DNA of 53,902 nt from NCBI GenBank assembly GCA_033762915.1, contig JANRLD010000011.1, forward strand, positions 1-53,902, in the 5' to 3' direction. Position numbers and translations under genes: made by a program. Each line of letters begins with the position of its first letter. Within the stretch, counting starts at the first letter, position 1. This document shows positions 10,150-20,021 of the stretch, piece after piece. Origin of the DNA: Meiothermus sp. GTDB taxonomy: Bacteria > Deinococcota > Deinococci > Deinococcales > Thermaceae. The notes beneath the pieces are model-generated. The model worked only from the letters and a program-made list of their open reading frames with translations. It was not told where the DNA came from and made no database searches.

Positions 10150-10716
10150 TTACGAGGTCTTTGAACTGCGGGCGGAGAGTTCGCCCGGCGTGCCCGGTAC
10201 CCCGATTGCGGGCAGTACCCAGCGATCCAGGCCCCAGTACCCCGCCGTGCGCCAGGCCAGCACCAGCCAGGTGGCCGCGATGAACATCCAGGGGTTGGCG
10301 CTAAGGGTGCCCGCCAGCAGGAAAGCCGCGTTCATCAGCCCGGCGAAAAAGGCCGCGATGCCGCTGAAGAGCCCCACCATCAGTGCTAGACCTACCAAGA
10401 ACTCACCGAAGGCTACCAGGTAGCTGAACAGGGTGGTGTTGGGCAGCGCCACGTTCTCGATGAACCAGGCGTACCAGCCGGTCACGTCGGGGCGTTCGCC
10501 CTCGGCCTTGCCCAGCGCCCTAGTCAGAAAGCCGGAGACGGCGGTTCCCGCCTTTTCACCGACCCAGGCCGGGTTGTTGATCTTGCCCCAGCCCGCCAAG
10601 AGCCAAGTCCAGCCCAGATAGACCCGCAAGATCGCCCATACTGGAGCCAGCCGGGTATCCGCGAACAAGAACCGGGTGATGCCGGGTTCAGGGATTTGCG
10701 TGGGTTGGATGTTCAT
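10150..10716 (-). CDS. DoxX / TQO small subunit (DoxD-like) membrane protein
   Basis: LRVYLGWTWLLAGWGK, GEFLVGLAL, AGYWGLD motifs; start at MNIQP after AAGGGGA. Confidence 0.85.
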   Translation of the reverse strand: MNIQPTQIPEPGITRFLFADTRLAPVWAILRVYLGWTWLLAGWGKINNPAWVGEKAGTAVSGFLTRALGKAEGERPDVTGWYAWFIENVALPNTTLFSYLVAFGEFLVGLALMVGLFSGIAAFFAGLMNAAFLLAGTLSANPWMFIAATWLVLAWRTAGYWGLDRWVLPAIGVPGTPGELSARSSKTS

Positions 10717-10743
10717 CTGATTCCCCTTTCTTAGGCAACCATA

Positions 10744-10765
10744 ACCCACCCCAGATGGGGTGGGT
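10744..10765. promoter_or_regulatory. CsoR-type palindromic operator, copy 2
   Basis: ACCCACCCCA-GA-TGGGGTGGGT, a perfect 10-bp inverted repeat 28 nt upstream of the DoxX gene. Confidence 0.72.
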
Positions 10766-10791
10766 AGAGTCGGATGTCCTGCGGCTGGATT

Positions 10792-12186
10792 CTAGCGCCC
10801 AGTCCGGTAACTGATGCCGTTGGCCCCGTAGGCCGCAGGAATCTTGGCCACGGCCCGCTGCCGAGCCACGTCAATCACCGTGACGGTGCCCTCGTCGGTG
10901 TTGCTGATGTAAGCGAACCGCCCATCCACTGAGACCACCACCCCGTGGGCGGCCTTGCCCGACGCAATGGTCTTGATTACGCTGCCGGTGGCCGTCTCGA
11001 TCACCGAGACATCGCCTGAGCCGGTGTTGGCCACGTAGATGAACCTTCCGTCGGGGGTGGAGTAGACCTGGATGGGGGTCTTGCCCACCGCGATGCTATT
11101 TAGCACCTGACGGCTGGCGGTATCAATCACCGAGACATGCCCCTGCACGTCCTCGCCCAAATGGGTGTTGCTCACGTAGAGGTAGCGGCCATCGGGGGTA
11201 AAACCCACCTGGGCGGGTTTGGAGACCACCGGGATTTCGGCCACGGCCTCCAGCGAAGCCAGATCAATCACCGTGACCGAGTTGGAGTTGGTGTTGGCCA
11301 AATAGACCTCGCGGCCATTCGGGCTGATACGTAGCCCGTGGGGGCTCTGGCCCACCGGGATGGTGGCCCTGACCCTGCGGGCGCTTAGATCCACCACCGA
11401 GACCGTGCCCGCGCCGCCGTTGGTCACAAACGCGGTCCTGCCATCGGTGCTGACCACCACGTGGGCAGGGTGTTCCCCCACCGGGATTTCGGCCACCAGG
11501 GTGTCGGTGTAGGCATCAATTACGCCCAGCGAGTTGGTGCCCGCGTTAGCGGTGTACACGTAGCGCCCGTCGGGGGCCACCTGGACGTTGTGGGGGATGA
11601 CCTTGGCCTCCTTGTGGTCCTCTCCGTCGCCGCCGGCCATTCCCGCCATGTCGTCCAGGCTGTCCAGCAGGCGCACCAGCGGGATGTCCTTGATCTTGCG
11701 GTTGGTGGCGGCGTTGATGACACTGACCGAATCGGAATACTCGTTGGCGACGTAGACCTTGGGGATGCCAGACAGCAGGGCCAGCGCCCGCTGTTCGGGC
11801 AGCCATCGGGCCTCTAGACCGAGGAATTGGGCCAGCGGGAGCACTGGAGCCAGCAGGCCCGCTCGGCCGGTCTGGACGGGTGATTTCAGCTCGAGGGTCT
11901 GCCCGTTTTGCAGCGCCCTGCTAGAGCCCGCCAGGAGCACCAGGGTGTCCCGGCCTCGGGTCAGCTTGGCCGCCTTAAGGCTGGCATCCCACTCCAGGCT
12001 GACCCCGGCGGCCTGGGCCAGGGGTCGTACCGGTGCTAGGGTAGTCCCCTGCCTCACCTCTGCGCCGCTCAAGGGCAGGCTATCCAGGTAGACCTGGATG
12101 CCCCCGCCCGCCGTCTGGGGGCTGCCTGCCAGGGCCAGACCTGTGCCCAAGAGGACGGCTGCCGAAACCTGGATAAACTTATCCAT
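10792..12186 (-). CDS. Exported copper-amine-oxidase N-terminal (stalk) domain + YVTN/YncE beta-propeller protein
   Basis: Signal peptide, TLAPVRPLAQAAGVSLEWD stalk-like domain, repeated PH/PxxVxxSPDGRxxYVxN..VSVID blades. Confidence 0.82.
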   Translation of the reverse strand: MDKFIQVSAAVLLGTGLALAGSPQTAGGGIQVYLDSLPLSGAEVRQGTTLAPVRPLAQAAGVSLEWDASLKAAKLTRGRDTLVLLAGSSRALQNGQTLELKSPVQTGRAGLLAPVLPLAQFLGLEARWLPEQRALALLSGIPKVYVANEYSDSVSVINAATNRKIKDIPLVRLLDSLDDMAGMAGGDGEDHKEAKVIPHNVQVAPDGRYVYTANAGTNSLGVIDAYTDTLVAEIPVGEHPAHVVVSTDGRTAFVTNGGAGTVSVVDLSARRVRATIPVGQSPHGLRISPNGREVYLANTNSNSVTVIDLASLEAVAEIPVVSKPAQVGFTPDGRYLYVSNTHLGEDVQGHVSVIDTASRQVLNSIAVGKTPIQVYSTPDGRFIYVANTGSGDVSVIETATGSVIKTIASGKAAHGVVVSVDGRFAYISNTDEGTVTVIDVARQRAVAKIPAAYGANGISYRTGR

Positions 12187-12218
12187 ATATCACCTCGAGG
12201 GTCAGGATGCGACAGGCT

Positions 12219-12236
12219 TGTAAAGCTCATGTAAAG
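12219..12236 (-). promoter_or_regulatory. OmpR-type direct-repeat box, copy 3
   Basis: CTTTACATGAGCTTTACA, 9 nt, then CATCCT; leader CCCTCGAGGTGATA shared with the 8.8-kb promoter. Confidence 0.65.
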
Positions 12237-12411
12237 GGGTTGGGAAGGTCGTGAACGAATAGAGCACAAGGCATTTTGCGAACAAACTGCCTTGGACGCT
12301 TCATATCTTGTTGCCGACTTGCAGCGGAGGGATCACCCGAACACCGGCCGTTGGCGCAGCACCAGGGTTGCTTGCAAGTTCGGCACATAGATGAAACCCT
12401 AAGCAAGACCT

Positions 12412-12864
12412 ATGCTACGCACCCTACTAAAGCGAGAAGAGAGTTACGGAGTCCACGCCTTGCTGAGCGTGGCTCGGACACCGGGTATCACCACCCCCGA
12501 GATGGCCGAGCAACTGAACATCCCCCCGGCGTTCCTCGCCAAGGTGGTGGCCAAGCTGGCCAAGGCTGGTTTGCTGGCGAGCCAGACCGGTCGGCGCGGC
12601 GGCCTCCAGTTGCGGGCCGATCTGGGAATGGTCTCTTTGCTAACGGTGATCGAGGCTCTCTCCGGGCCGGTGGTGATGGACACCTGCCAACTCAAGCCCC
12701 GCTGTGCGACTGAGGAGCGCCAGGGTCGGTGTGGCTTGAAGCCGGTGTGGCTTGAGACCACCATCGCGGTGCGCAGCACCCTGGAAGGGGTTAAGCTGGC
12801 CGCGCTGGTCGAGGGGCTTGATCCACCGGGTGTCAACCCAAAGCCCGCGCGGAGGAGTCCTTAA
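12412..12864 (+). CDS. Rrf2 family transcriptional regulator (three Cys, NsrR/IscR-like)
   Basis: ESYGVHALL, IPPAFLAKVVAKLAKAGLL..GRRGG, DTC..RC..RCGL. Confidence 0.88.
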   Translation: MLRTLLKREESYGVHALLSVARTPGITTPEMAEQLNIPPAFLAKVVAKLAKAGLLASQTGRRGGLQLRADLGMVSLLTVIEALSGPVVMDTCQLKPRCATEERQGRCGLKPVWLETTIAVRSTLEGVKLAALVEGLDPPGVNPKPARRSP

Positions 12865-12895
12865 GCTCCCGCCGTTGCCCAAGTCGCGCATCTCC

Positions 12896-13756
12896 TCAGG
12901 CCCCACCGCCTTTTGCGGGCGTGCCGATGAAGTGTTGGGGGTTGTCCAGGAATTCTTGGCGGCAGCCGTTGGAGCAAAAGGAATAGTTTTGCCCCTCCCA
13001 AAGCGCCTGGGGGGCTTTTCCCCGCTCCACCGCCATGCCGCAGACCGGGTCGTTGGCCAGGGTGCGGGCTTCCTTGAACTCCCCATCCTCCAGCCACAGC
13101 ACCCGGTCGGCGATGTCCCGGATGCGCACATCGTGCGAGACGATCAGCACGCTCTTGCCCCGCTCCTTGGCAATGTGGCGCAGCAGCCTCGAGACCTCGT
13201 GCCCGGTGGAAGAGTCCAGGTTGGCGGTGGGCTCGTCAGCTAGGATCAAGGAGGGATCGTTGACCATGGCGCGGGCGATGGCGACGCGCTGTTTTTCCCC
13301 GCCGGAGAGCTGAAAGGGTATGGCCTGTAGGCGCTTTTCCAGGCGCAACTCGCTTAGGAGGGCGGCTGCGCGGGCGCGGGCCACCGCCCGCCTGACCCCG
13401 GCCAGTTCGGCCACCAGCGACACGTTCTCCAGGGCACTCAAGGAGGAGAGCAGGTTGAAGTCCTGGAAGATGAAGCCGAACTCCCGCAGGCGGAAGCGGG
13501 GCAGATCACGCTCGGAGAGGGCGGTCAGCAAGGTGCCGTTGAGCCAGATGCTGCCCTCGGTGGGCCGTAAAAGTGCCCCTAGCATCGAGAGCAGGGTGGT
13601 CTTGCCCGAGCCCGAAGGACCCATGATCAGCACCACCTCTCCCTGATTCACGCGGAGCGAGACCCCCTTTACCGCCGCCACCTGGGCGGCCCCGCTGCTG
13701 TAGTGCTTGGTCAGGCCCTCGACCTCCAAGATCGCCCTAGTCCCCTCCGTATTCAC
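12896..13756 (-). CDS. ABC transporter ATP-binding protein (MacB/LolD type) with C-terminal YHS domain
   Basis: GPSGSGKT, LSGGEKQR, ILADEPTANLD, VSHD; C-terminal DPVCGM..YSFCSNGC. Confidence 0.92.
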   Translation of the reverse strand: MNTEGTRAILEVEGLTKHYSSGAAQVAAVKGVSLRVNQGEVVLIMGPSGSGKTTLLSMLGALLRPTEGSIWLNGTLLTALSERDLPRFRLREFGFIFQDFNLLSSLSALENVSLVAELAGVRRAVARARAAALLSELRLEKRLQAIPFQLSGGEKQRVAIARAMVNDPSLILADEPTANLDSSTGHEVSRLLRHIAKERGKSVLIVSHDVRIRDIADRVLWLEDGEFKEARTLANDPVCGMAVERGKAPQALWEGQNYSFCSNGCRQEFLDNPQHFIGTPAKGGGA

Positions 13757-14871
13757 CGTCCACCTCCGCGAAAGACCATCGCCGGGTCTAAGCCGGCGAT
13801 TTGAATCACCGGGATGATGGCTGCCAGCCCACCGATGCCCAGGGCTACCAGACCCACCTTGAGTACCGAGGCTAGGGTGGGTTGCAGGGGCAGGTTGAAG
13901 CCCAGCAAGGGTAGCAGCAAGGGCAGCACCAAGAAGCTTACCACCCCTGCCATCAGCAGCCCCGCCGCCACGCTGTAGAGCGCCTGGGCCAGCACCGTCC
14001 CCACCAGTTGGGCGGTGCCCGCCCCGACCGCCTTGAGCACCCCGAACTCGGCCCGGCGCGAGAGGGTGGCAGTGTAGATGGTGAGGGCCAGCACCGACAG
14101 GCCGATCAGGAAGGCCATCAGGTTCATCAGGTTGATGGCATCGGCCCCCATGTCCCCCACCACCTTGCGCTCCTGCCGGGCGAACTCCCGCGTGGAGAGG
14201 GCGCTCACCTTCACCCTAGCCTCGATGCGCCGGGCCACCACCTCCGGCGACTGCCCCGGCGCTACCCGCACCAGCAGGTAGCTCAGGCTGTCCTTGGTGC
14301 GGCGCAGGCGGGCGAAGTCAGCCTGCGCCAAGAAGGTCACGGTGTTGATGAGGCTGGAACTCCCCTCCGACAGCCCCACCACCTGGAAGCGCCGCCCAAA
14401 GATGCGCACGCTGTCCCCCAGCCCCACCCCCGAGTCGCGGGCCTGCTGGGCATCCACCACCGCCTGGCCCAGCCCCGGCAGGGCTTGGCCCGCCGCCATC
14501 CGCCAGGGGCCACCCGCCGCCGCATCCGGGGGCAGCCCGAAGACGTAGCTGAAGCGGTTGTCGCGGCCCATCTGGACGTTCTGGCTGGTGTAGAGCAGGG
14601 GCGTGACCGAGGCCACCCCCTCCATCGCCGCGACCTGTGCGGTCACACCGGCGGGCAGGGTGGAGGCTACCATGTGCAGGTTGCGCACCCCCGGTTGGGC
14701 TACCCAGACCTCGGCCCCGGAGCGCTCGATGTAGGCCGCGAGCTGGTTCTCGACCCCGTTGACAATGGCATCCAGGGCCAGCACCAGGGTCAGGGCCAGC
14801 CCCACCCCACCCGCCGAGACCAGCAACTGGGTGCGGTTTTGGGTCAGGCTGCGCCAGGCCAGCAGCAACAA
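13753..14871 (-). CDS. ABC transporter permease (FtsX/MacB family)
   Basis: LAWRSL N-terminus, periplasmic domain, RRAEFGVLKAVGA, LDPAMVFR. Confidence 0.88.
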   Translation of the reverse strand: MLLLAWRSLTQNRTQLLVSAGGVGLALTLVLALDAIVNGVENQLAAYIERSGAEVWVAQPGVRNLHMVASTLPAGVTAQVAAMEGVASVTPLLYTSQNVQMGRDNRFSYVFGLPPDAAAGGPWRMAAGQALPGLGQAVVDAQQARDSGVGLGDSVRIFGRRFQVVGLSEGSSSLINTVTFLAQADFARLRRTKDSLSYLLVRVAPGQSPEVVARRIEARVKVSALSTREFARQERKVVGDMGADAINLMNLMAFLIGLSVLALTIYTATLSRRAEFGVLKAVGAGTAQLVGTVLAQALYSVAAGLLMAGVVSFLVLPLLLPLLGFNLPLQPTLASVLKVGLVALGIGGLAAIIPVIQIAGLDPAMVFRGGGR

Positions 14872-14874
14872 CGC

Positions 14875-15972
14875 CTACCTCCTGAAGACTTCGGCGGGGG
14901 CCAGCCGGGCCACCACCCAGGCCGGGGCGACTGCCGCCAGCAGGGCCATCCCCACCCCGCTCAAGAGCGCCACCAGGATGGCGCTGGGATCGAGCACCAG
15001 CAGGAACTGCGGGCGCAGCCGCATGACCAGTCCGGCCACCAAGTAGGCTGCCCCCGCCCCCAGCAGGGTTCCCAGCAGGGCCGTCACCAGGGCCTGGGCG
15101 AGCACCAGCCCGTAGAGCCGGGGGTTGCTGGCCCCGATGGCCTTGAGCACCCCGTACTCGCGCCGCCGCTCGAGGGTCGCGGTGTAGACCACCATCCCCA
15201 CCACCAGCACCCCCACCGCGAAGGCGATGCCCCGCATCAAGCGCAGGGGCTGGAAGAAGCCCTCGTAGATGCGCAGGTCGCCCGCCATTAGTTCCGGCTT
15301 GAGCCAGGCCGCCACCCCGGAAAGCCTATCCAGCCGTCCCTTCAAGACCGAGGGCGAGACCCCGGCCTGGGGCTCCACTAGCAGAAAACTGGTGAGGCCG
15401 GGAACCAGCAGATAGCGCTCGAGTTCGGCTTTCTGCACGAAGACCAGGGTGGTCATCCAGGAGTTGGTACCCGCCGACAGGCCCACCACCCGAAAGCGGT
15501 AGCCCCCCACCTCGATGGCCTCGCCCACCTCGACCCCGTGCAGCCGGGCCAGGGTCTGATCCACCACCACCTCGAGGCTCTGACGGGGTTCGCGCCCTTG
15601 GGCCAGCCTCCAGGGACCGCCGCCCTTAGCGGGGTCGTAGCCGACCAGGTAGGCAAAGATTTTTTTGTCGTGCAGCTCGAAGAACACGCTCTGGCTCAGG
15701 ACGGGGACGACCCTCCCGACTCCCGGCACTTTTTGCACTTCCTCCTCGATACCGGGCGGTAGCAGCGAGTTCACGGTGGCCAGGTTGTCGGCCCCCACCT
15801 GGGTGACCACCACGCCGCCGGGGGTGTTCGCCAGGTACACCGTGATCTGCCGCTGCATGCCCCGCACCAGCCCGTCGAGCAGAAGGATCAGCATCAAGGC
15901 CAGGGCCACCCCGGTCAGGCTAAGCAACAGCCGGGTGGGGTTCTGGAACAGATTGCGGGCGGCCAGCGTCAT
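14875..15972 (-). CDS. ABC transporter permease (FtsX/MacB family)
   Basis: LAARNL, ERRREYGVLKAIGA, LAPAEVFR. Confidence 0.88.
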   Translation of the reverse strand: MTLAARNLFQNPTRLLLSLTGVALALMLILLLDGLVRGMQRQITVYLANTPGGVVVTQVGADNLATVNSLLPPGIEEEVQKVPGVGRVVPVLSQSVFFELHDKKIFAYLVGYDPAKGGGPWRLAQGREPRQSLEVVVDQTLARLHGVEVGEAIEVGGYRFRVVGLSAGTNSWMTTLVFVQKAELERYLLVPGLTSFLLVEPQAGVSPSVLKGRLDRLSGVAAWLKPELMAGDLRIYEGFFQPLRLMRGIAFAVGVLVVGMVVYTATLERRREYGVLKAIGASNPRLYGLVLAQALVTALLGTLLGAGAAYLVAGLVMRLRPQFLLVLDPSAILVALLSGVGMALLAAVAPAWVVARLAPAEVFRR

Positions 15973-16614
15973 TCAAGCCTCCAGGCAGTGCGGGTCGCGG
16001 CCTGACGCGAAGGAGGCTAGGCGCAGTGCGGGCTGCCGCCCCAGCGCCCGCAGCAGCGAGTGCCGCCGCCGACAGTCCACCGTGACCACCACCCGCCGCC
16101 CCGGATCGCGCTGGATCGCGCCCAGGATGCGCTCCAGTAAGCGGTTGTTCTGCTCGGCCCACTCCCGGCGGGCTGCGCTCCCACACAGCAACTCGGTCAG
16201 GCGGCACAGGCTGTCGCAGACCATCCCGTAGGCCATGCCGTTCATCCACCTTGGGGAGTGCTGTTGCAGGCTCACTAGCAGGCCGTTGGTGCCCCTGACC
16301 AAGCTTCGGCGTAGGCCCCAAAAGGCTCCACCCTTGGGGGTGAGCAGGGCCTGGGTGGGTGGTGCCCCCACCGGGACTACCACTGCGTCGCTGAGTTGTC
16401 CCAGTCGGACTAGCCCCTGGCGGTACTCCGGTGGCAAGGCCGGATCGTCGTGCTCGAAGGACTCCATCGGGATTTCCACCAGCAGCAACTCGGGCTGCTG
16501 CAACTGCACCAGCCGCACCAGCCGCTCCAAGTAGACCGGGTTAAAGCCCTGCTCGAGTTCGCCTAAGGTACCGATCACCACCACTGGGGTTTTATTGGGG
16601 CTTTGGGGGTTCAT
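15973..16614 (-). CDS. Hypothetical protein, abutting the ABC operon
   Basis: AAGGA RBS, stop directly adjoins the next start; a truncated paralogue lies at 19330-19545. Confidence 0.65.
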   Translation of the reverse strand: MNPQSPNKTPVVVIGTLGELEQGFNPVYLERLVRLVQLQQPELLLVEIPMESFEHDDPALPPEYRQGLVRLGQLSDAVVVPVGAPPTQALLTPKGGAFWGLRRSLVRGTNGLLVSLQQHSPRWMNGMAYGMVCDSLCRLTELLCGSAARREWAEQNNRLLERILGAIQRDPGRRVVVTVDCRRRHSLLRALGRQPALRLASFASGRDPHCLEA

Positions 16615-16679
16615 GGCTTTCCTTACAGAGAGGGGGGAGCCCTCGGTCTTGGGGGCTCCCCTACAGACAGTGGATCAGA

Positions 16680-16988
16680 CTACTGGGCATGGGGGTTTTG
16701 GGCTTCGGGTTGGTTGGCAGCTAGATATCCACCGATGGCCAAGATCACGCCCACGATCAGACCGTTCCACAACAGGGCTCCACCACCGGCGAAGAAAGCA
16801 CCTAGGATAAAGAAGAGGCCAACTGCCACGATGGCGTAGAAGCGCCCTTTGCCAAGGCTAGAGAAGTAAGCCAGACCACCTATCAACACTCCCAAGAGGA
16901 TGTTCGTCCAGAGGGCCGCCCCTATGAATCCGAAGATAAAGGGGGACAGAATCAACCAAAGACCTAAGATTACCGAAATTGCTAACAT
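16680..16988 (-). CDS. SPW-repeat-like small membrane protein, copy 1
   Basis: LGLWLILSPFIFGF..ALWTNILLGVLI repeat; AAGGAG RBS; paralogue at 19616-19924. Confidence 0.75.
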   Translation of the reverse strand: MLAISVILGLWLILSPFIFGFIGAALWTNILLGVLIGGLAYFSSLGKGRFYAIVAVGLFFILGAFFAGGGALLWNGLIVGVILAIGGYLAANQPEAQNPHAQ

Positions 16989-17092
16989 ATTCAACATCTC
17001 CTTTTTTCTTGCGCTTCGGCTTTCCGCCGATGCACCCTCAGAGTAGCGTCTGGCCCAGCAAACCAACAGCGAAGTTCTACCGTTAAGGAGAT

Positions 17093-17106
17093 AGGTATTT
17101 CTACCT
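17093..17106. promoter_or_regulatory. Inverted-repeat operator upstream of SPW copy 1
   Basis: AGGTATTTCTACCT, homologous to the perfect palindrome at 20022-20041. Confidence 0.5.
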
Positions 17107-17113
17107 GCTAGCC

Positions 17114-17149
17114 CCAACTAAAACCCCTCGTGCGGGGGGTTTTGGTTGG
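17114..17149. terminator. Strong hairpin, probable terminator
   Basis: CCAACTAAAACCCC-loop-GGGGTTTTGGTTGG. Confidence 0.5.
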
Positions 17150-17319
17150 CCAGTTGGCCAGGGGCCGGAACTTATGGAGACTTCGGCCATTTATTCACCA
17201 CAACCCTAGCTTTTCTACAAAGGTTAGCAATTTATCTGACCGATCCTCGCGGATGCTGGGCCGGGGTCGGCCAGTGCTTGGGGGCACGAGGGAGCTAGAG
17301 GGTTTTCTGGATGAATCAC

Positions 17320-17517
17320 TTATTCACGTAGGGTTTGTGACGACCCCTCGGACAGAAAGTCCACGAAACCCATGGTCGCAAATCTCCTGCCGATGCTCCA
17401 GGCATCGTGGTGGCCGCTATGGTGACGGTCATGACCGCCGTCGGCGTGACCGCCCGAAAACCCGCCGTGTTCGCCGCGCCTGCGGAAACCCTCAAACAGC
17501 CTGGCGAAAAGACCCAT
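17320..17517 (-). CDS. Possible small His/Gly-rich protein (or remnant)
   Basis: MGLFARLFEG..HGGFSGGHADGGHDRHHSGHH with GGAGGGAG RBS; C-terminus unconvincing. Confidence 0.35.
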   Translation of the reverse strand: MGLFARLFEGFRRRGEHGGFSGGHADGGHDRHHSGHHDAWSIGRRFATMGFVDFLSEGSSQTLRE

Positions 17518-17645
17518 AGGCTCCCTCCGACCTGTCGCCGCAGACCAAACCCCGACCAGCCTCAAAGTAGCCGAGGGGTGTTCCACTACCGCAAAGATTT
17601 CGCCCTGCCAGACCCATTTTTTTCATACTCTGGCTCGGGTCAGGA

Positions 17646-19256
17646 CTAACCCCCACCCAGCAGCAATTGGGCGAACAGAATCTTGAGCAGCATCGCCAAG
17701 GGGTAGACGGTAGCGTAGCCTAGGTTGGGTCGCTCGTTACCAGCCTTCTCGAGGGCGAAGGCCAGCACGGCTGGCTGACCCTGCAACCCGGCCAGCAGAC
17801 CGCTCAGGGTCTCCAGGCGAATTCCCAGCAGGCGGTGGCCGATCCATAGGGTCAGGAAGGCTGCGCTAAGGGTCAGGGCGGCTCCGGTCAGAAACAGCGT
17901 CAGAGCCCCGCCCTGGGTCAGGGTCTGCACGAAGGTGTAGCCTGAGCGCAGGCCGATTCCGGCCAGAAAGAGGATCACCCCCAACTGGCGCAAGGTCAGG
18001 TTGGCGTTGTAGGGCAACTGCCACAGCACCGGCCCGCTGCGGTTGAGGGCTCCCAGCACCAGTCCCACCACCAGCGGCCCACCCGCCAGCCCCAGCTTGA
18101 AGCCGCCACCGCCGGGAAGCGGAAGGCTCAGGTTGCCCAGCAGCAACCCCAACGCGATCCCCAGACCGAAGCTGAGCACATCCACCTCCGACAAGGCCCG
18201 GTAGGAATCGCCCAGATAGCGGCTGGCCTCGGCGATGCGCTCCTTTGGCCCCAACACCCGCACCCGGTCGCCCAGCTCGAGCACGGTGCGGGGTTCGGGC
18301 AGGAACTCGAGGTCGCCCCGCCGGATGCGGGTCGCCACTACGCCCAGCCGCCGAGGCAGGTCGAGTTCGCCCAGGGTGTGCCCAGCGACCTTGGGGTTGC
18401 TCAAGAAGACCCGGCGAAAGTCCAGGGTTTGTCGGTCTTGCTCCAGCGACTCTGGCACCCAGCGTCCCAGCGCTTGCGCCACCGGCTCCAGGTCGCTGGC
18501 CAAGCCCACCACGGTGATGCGGTCGCCCACCGCCAGCCGCAGGTCGGGGGTCGCCAGCCGCACCTCTGCGCCCCGTCGGTAGCGGCCAAACACCACGTGC
18601 CAGCCCTTGGCCCGCAGCAGCTCTTCCAGGGTCAGCCCGGTCAGGTCGCACTGGCCGACCTCGAGGGTGCGCACCTCGATCTCGGACCCGGCCTCGGCGG
18701 GTTGGTGCTTGCCCCAGACCCGCCAGGCCAGGTGCAGGGCCAGCAGCATCCCCACCACCCCCACCGGGTAGGCCAAGGCGTAGGCCGCCACCGGCTGCCC
18801 CAGCAGGGTGGCGCTGGCCCCACGGGCCTGGAGGGTCTCAATAACCCCCGCCAGGGCGGGGGTGTTGGTCAGCGCCCCGGCCAGCAGCCCCGCCTGAAAG
18901 CCGCCCTCTAACCCCAGCAGGCGACCCAGCAACCAGGCCAGCAGGGCCACCGCGCCCAAGACCCCGCCCACCAGCAGGTTGTCGCCCAGTCCCCGCCGCC
19001 GCAACGCGGCAAAAAAGCCCGGCCCACTGGCCAGCGCAATGGTGTAGACGAACAGCACCAGCCCGAACTGGTACACGAAGTCGGGCAGCTTGAGCAGGGG
19101 CGACAAGGCCCCGAAGCCCAGCCCCACGAAGAGCACCGCCGCCACCCCCAGCCCAAAGCCCCGCACCCGCACCTGGCCCAGCAGGTAGCCCAGGGCCGCC
19201 ACCAGGAACAACAGCAACAGCGAATCCCGCTCCAAAAGCCCGATCAGTGCCGTCAT
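17646..19256 (-). CDS. Aspartate:alanine exchanger (AspT/YidE/YbjL) family transporter with TrkA-C domains
   Basis: LGVAAVLFVGL, GLVLFVYTI..SGPGFF, AGALTNTPALA, two TrkA-C-like domains, LGLAGGPLVVGL, YATVYPLA. Confidence 0.9.
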   Translation of the reverse strand: MTALIGLLERDSLLLLFLVAALGYLLGQVRVRGFGLGVAAVLFVGLGFGALSPLLKLPDFVYQFGLVLFVYTIALASGPGFFAALRRRGLGDNLLVGGVLGAVALLAWLLGRLLGLEGGFQAGLLAGALTNTPALAGVIETLQARGASATLLGQPVAAYALAYPVGVVGMLLALHLAWRVWGKHQPAEAGSEIEVRTLEVGQCDLTGLTLEELLRAKGWHVVFGRYRRGAEVRLATPDLRLAVGDRITVVGLASDLEPVAQALGRWVPESLEQDRQTLDFRRVFLSNPKVAGHTLGELDLPRRLGVVATRIRRGDLEFLPEPRTVLELGDRVRVLGPKERIAEASRYLGDSYRALSEVDVLSFGLGIALGLLLGNLSLPLPGGGGFKLGLAGGPLVVGLVLGALNRSGPVLWQLPYNANLTLRQLGVILFLAGIGLRSGYTFVQTLTQGGALTLFLTGAALTLSAAFLTLWIGHRLLGIRLETLSGLLAGLQGQPAVLAFALEKAGNERPNLGYATVYPLAMLLKILFAQLLLGGG

Positions 19257-19329
19257 AGTCTTCTCGCCTTCAGCATCAAGTAGGGTGAATTCGGGCGACA
19301 CCTGGTTCACCGCACATTCTCGGGGGGCT

Positions 19330-19545
19330 TTATCGTTGCAAGACCTGTCCTCTGGCGGGCCAGCCCTGACGGGTGGAGGGCTCGAGCGCAAAGAATTGCA
19401 GCGGGATTTCCGCCAGCAGCTCGGGCCGGTGCAACTGCACCGGCCGCCCCAGCCGCCCCAGGTAGGCCGGGCTAAAGCCCTGGCCCAGTTCGCCCAGGGT
19501 TCCGATCACCCGCACCGGGGTCAGAGTGGAGGGTTGGGGTTTCAT
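19330..19545 (-). pseudogene. Truncated paralogue of the 15973-16614 hypothetical gene
   Basis: TPVRVIGTLGELGQGFSPAYLGRL..VQLHRPELL aligns with TPVVVIGTLGELEQGFNPVYLERL..VQLQQPELL, then diverges and stops. Confidence 0.7.
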
Positions 19546-19615
19546 GGCTGGCCCCTTTTCGGAAAAAGCGGGGGAGCCATTTTAGCCGGGCTCCCCCTAC
19601 GGACAGTGGGCAGAC

Positions 19616-19924
19616 CTAGTGGGCATGGGGGTTCTGCGCCTCGGGGGCGCTGGCCTCCAGGTAACCGCCGATGGCCAGAATCCCACCCGCGATCAGGCTG
19701 CTCCACAACAGGGCTCCGCCGCCGGAGAAGAACGAGGCGATCACCAGCACCAGCCCTACCGCCGCGACGGCATAGAAACGCCCCTTGCCCAGGCCGGAAA
19801 AGTAAGCCAGCCCCGCTGCCAACACCCCAAACAGGAGCGTGAACCAGAAGGCGGCACCGCCCAGCCCGAAGATAAACGCCGACAGAACCAGCCAGATGCC
19901 TATGACTACCGAAGTTGCTAACAT
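19616..19924 (-). CDS. SPW-repeat-like small membrane protein, copy 2
   Basis: Aligns end to end with 16680-16988 (shared GKGRFYA, GGGALLW, PEAQNPHA); AAAGGAG RBS. Confidence 0.75.
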   Translation of the reverse strand: MLATSVVIGIWLVLSAFIFGLGGAAFWFTLLFGVLAAGLAYFSGLGKGRFYAVAAVGLVLVIASFFSGGGALLWSSLIAGGILAIGGYLEASAPEAQNPHAH

Positions 19925-20021
19925 ACACCGTTCTCCTTTCGCTGCGCATTGGTCTTGGACCGTTGCACCCTCAGGGTAGCGCCGCCGCTGCGAGAGCAAC
20001 AGCGAAGTTTCACGGTCGTGG

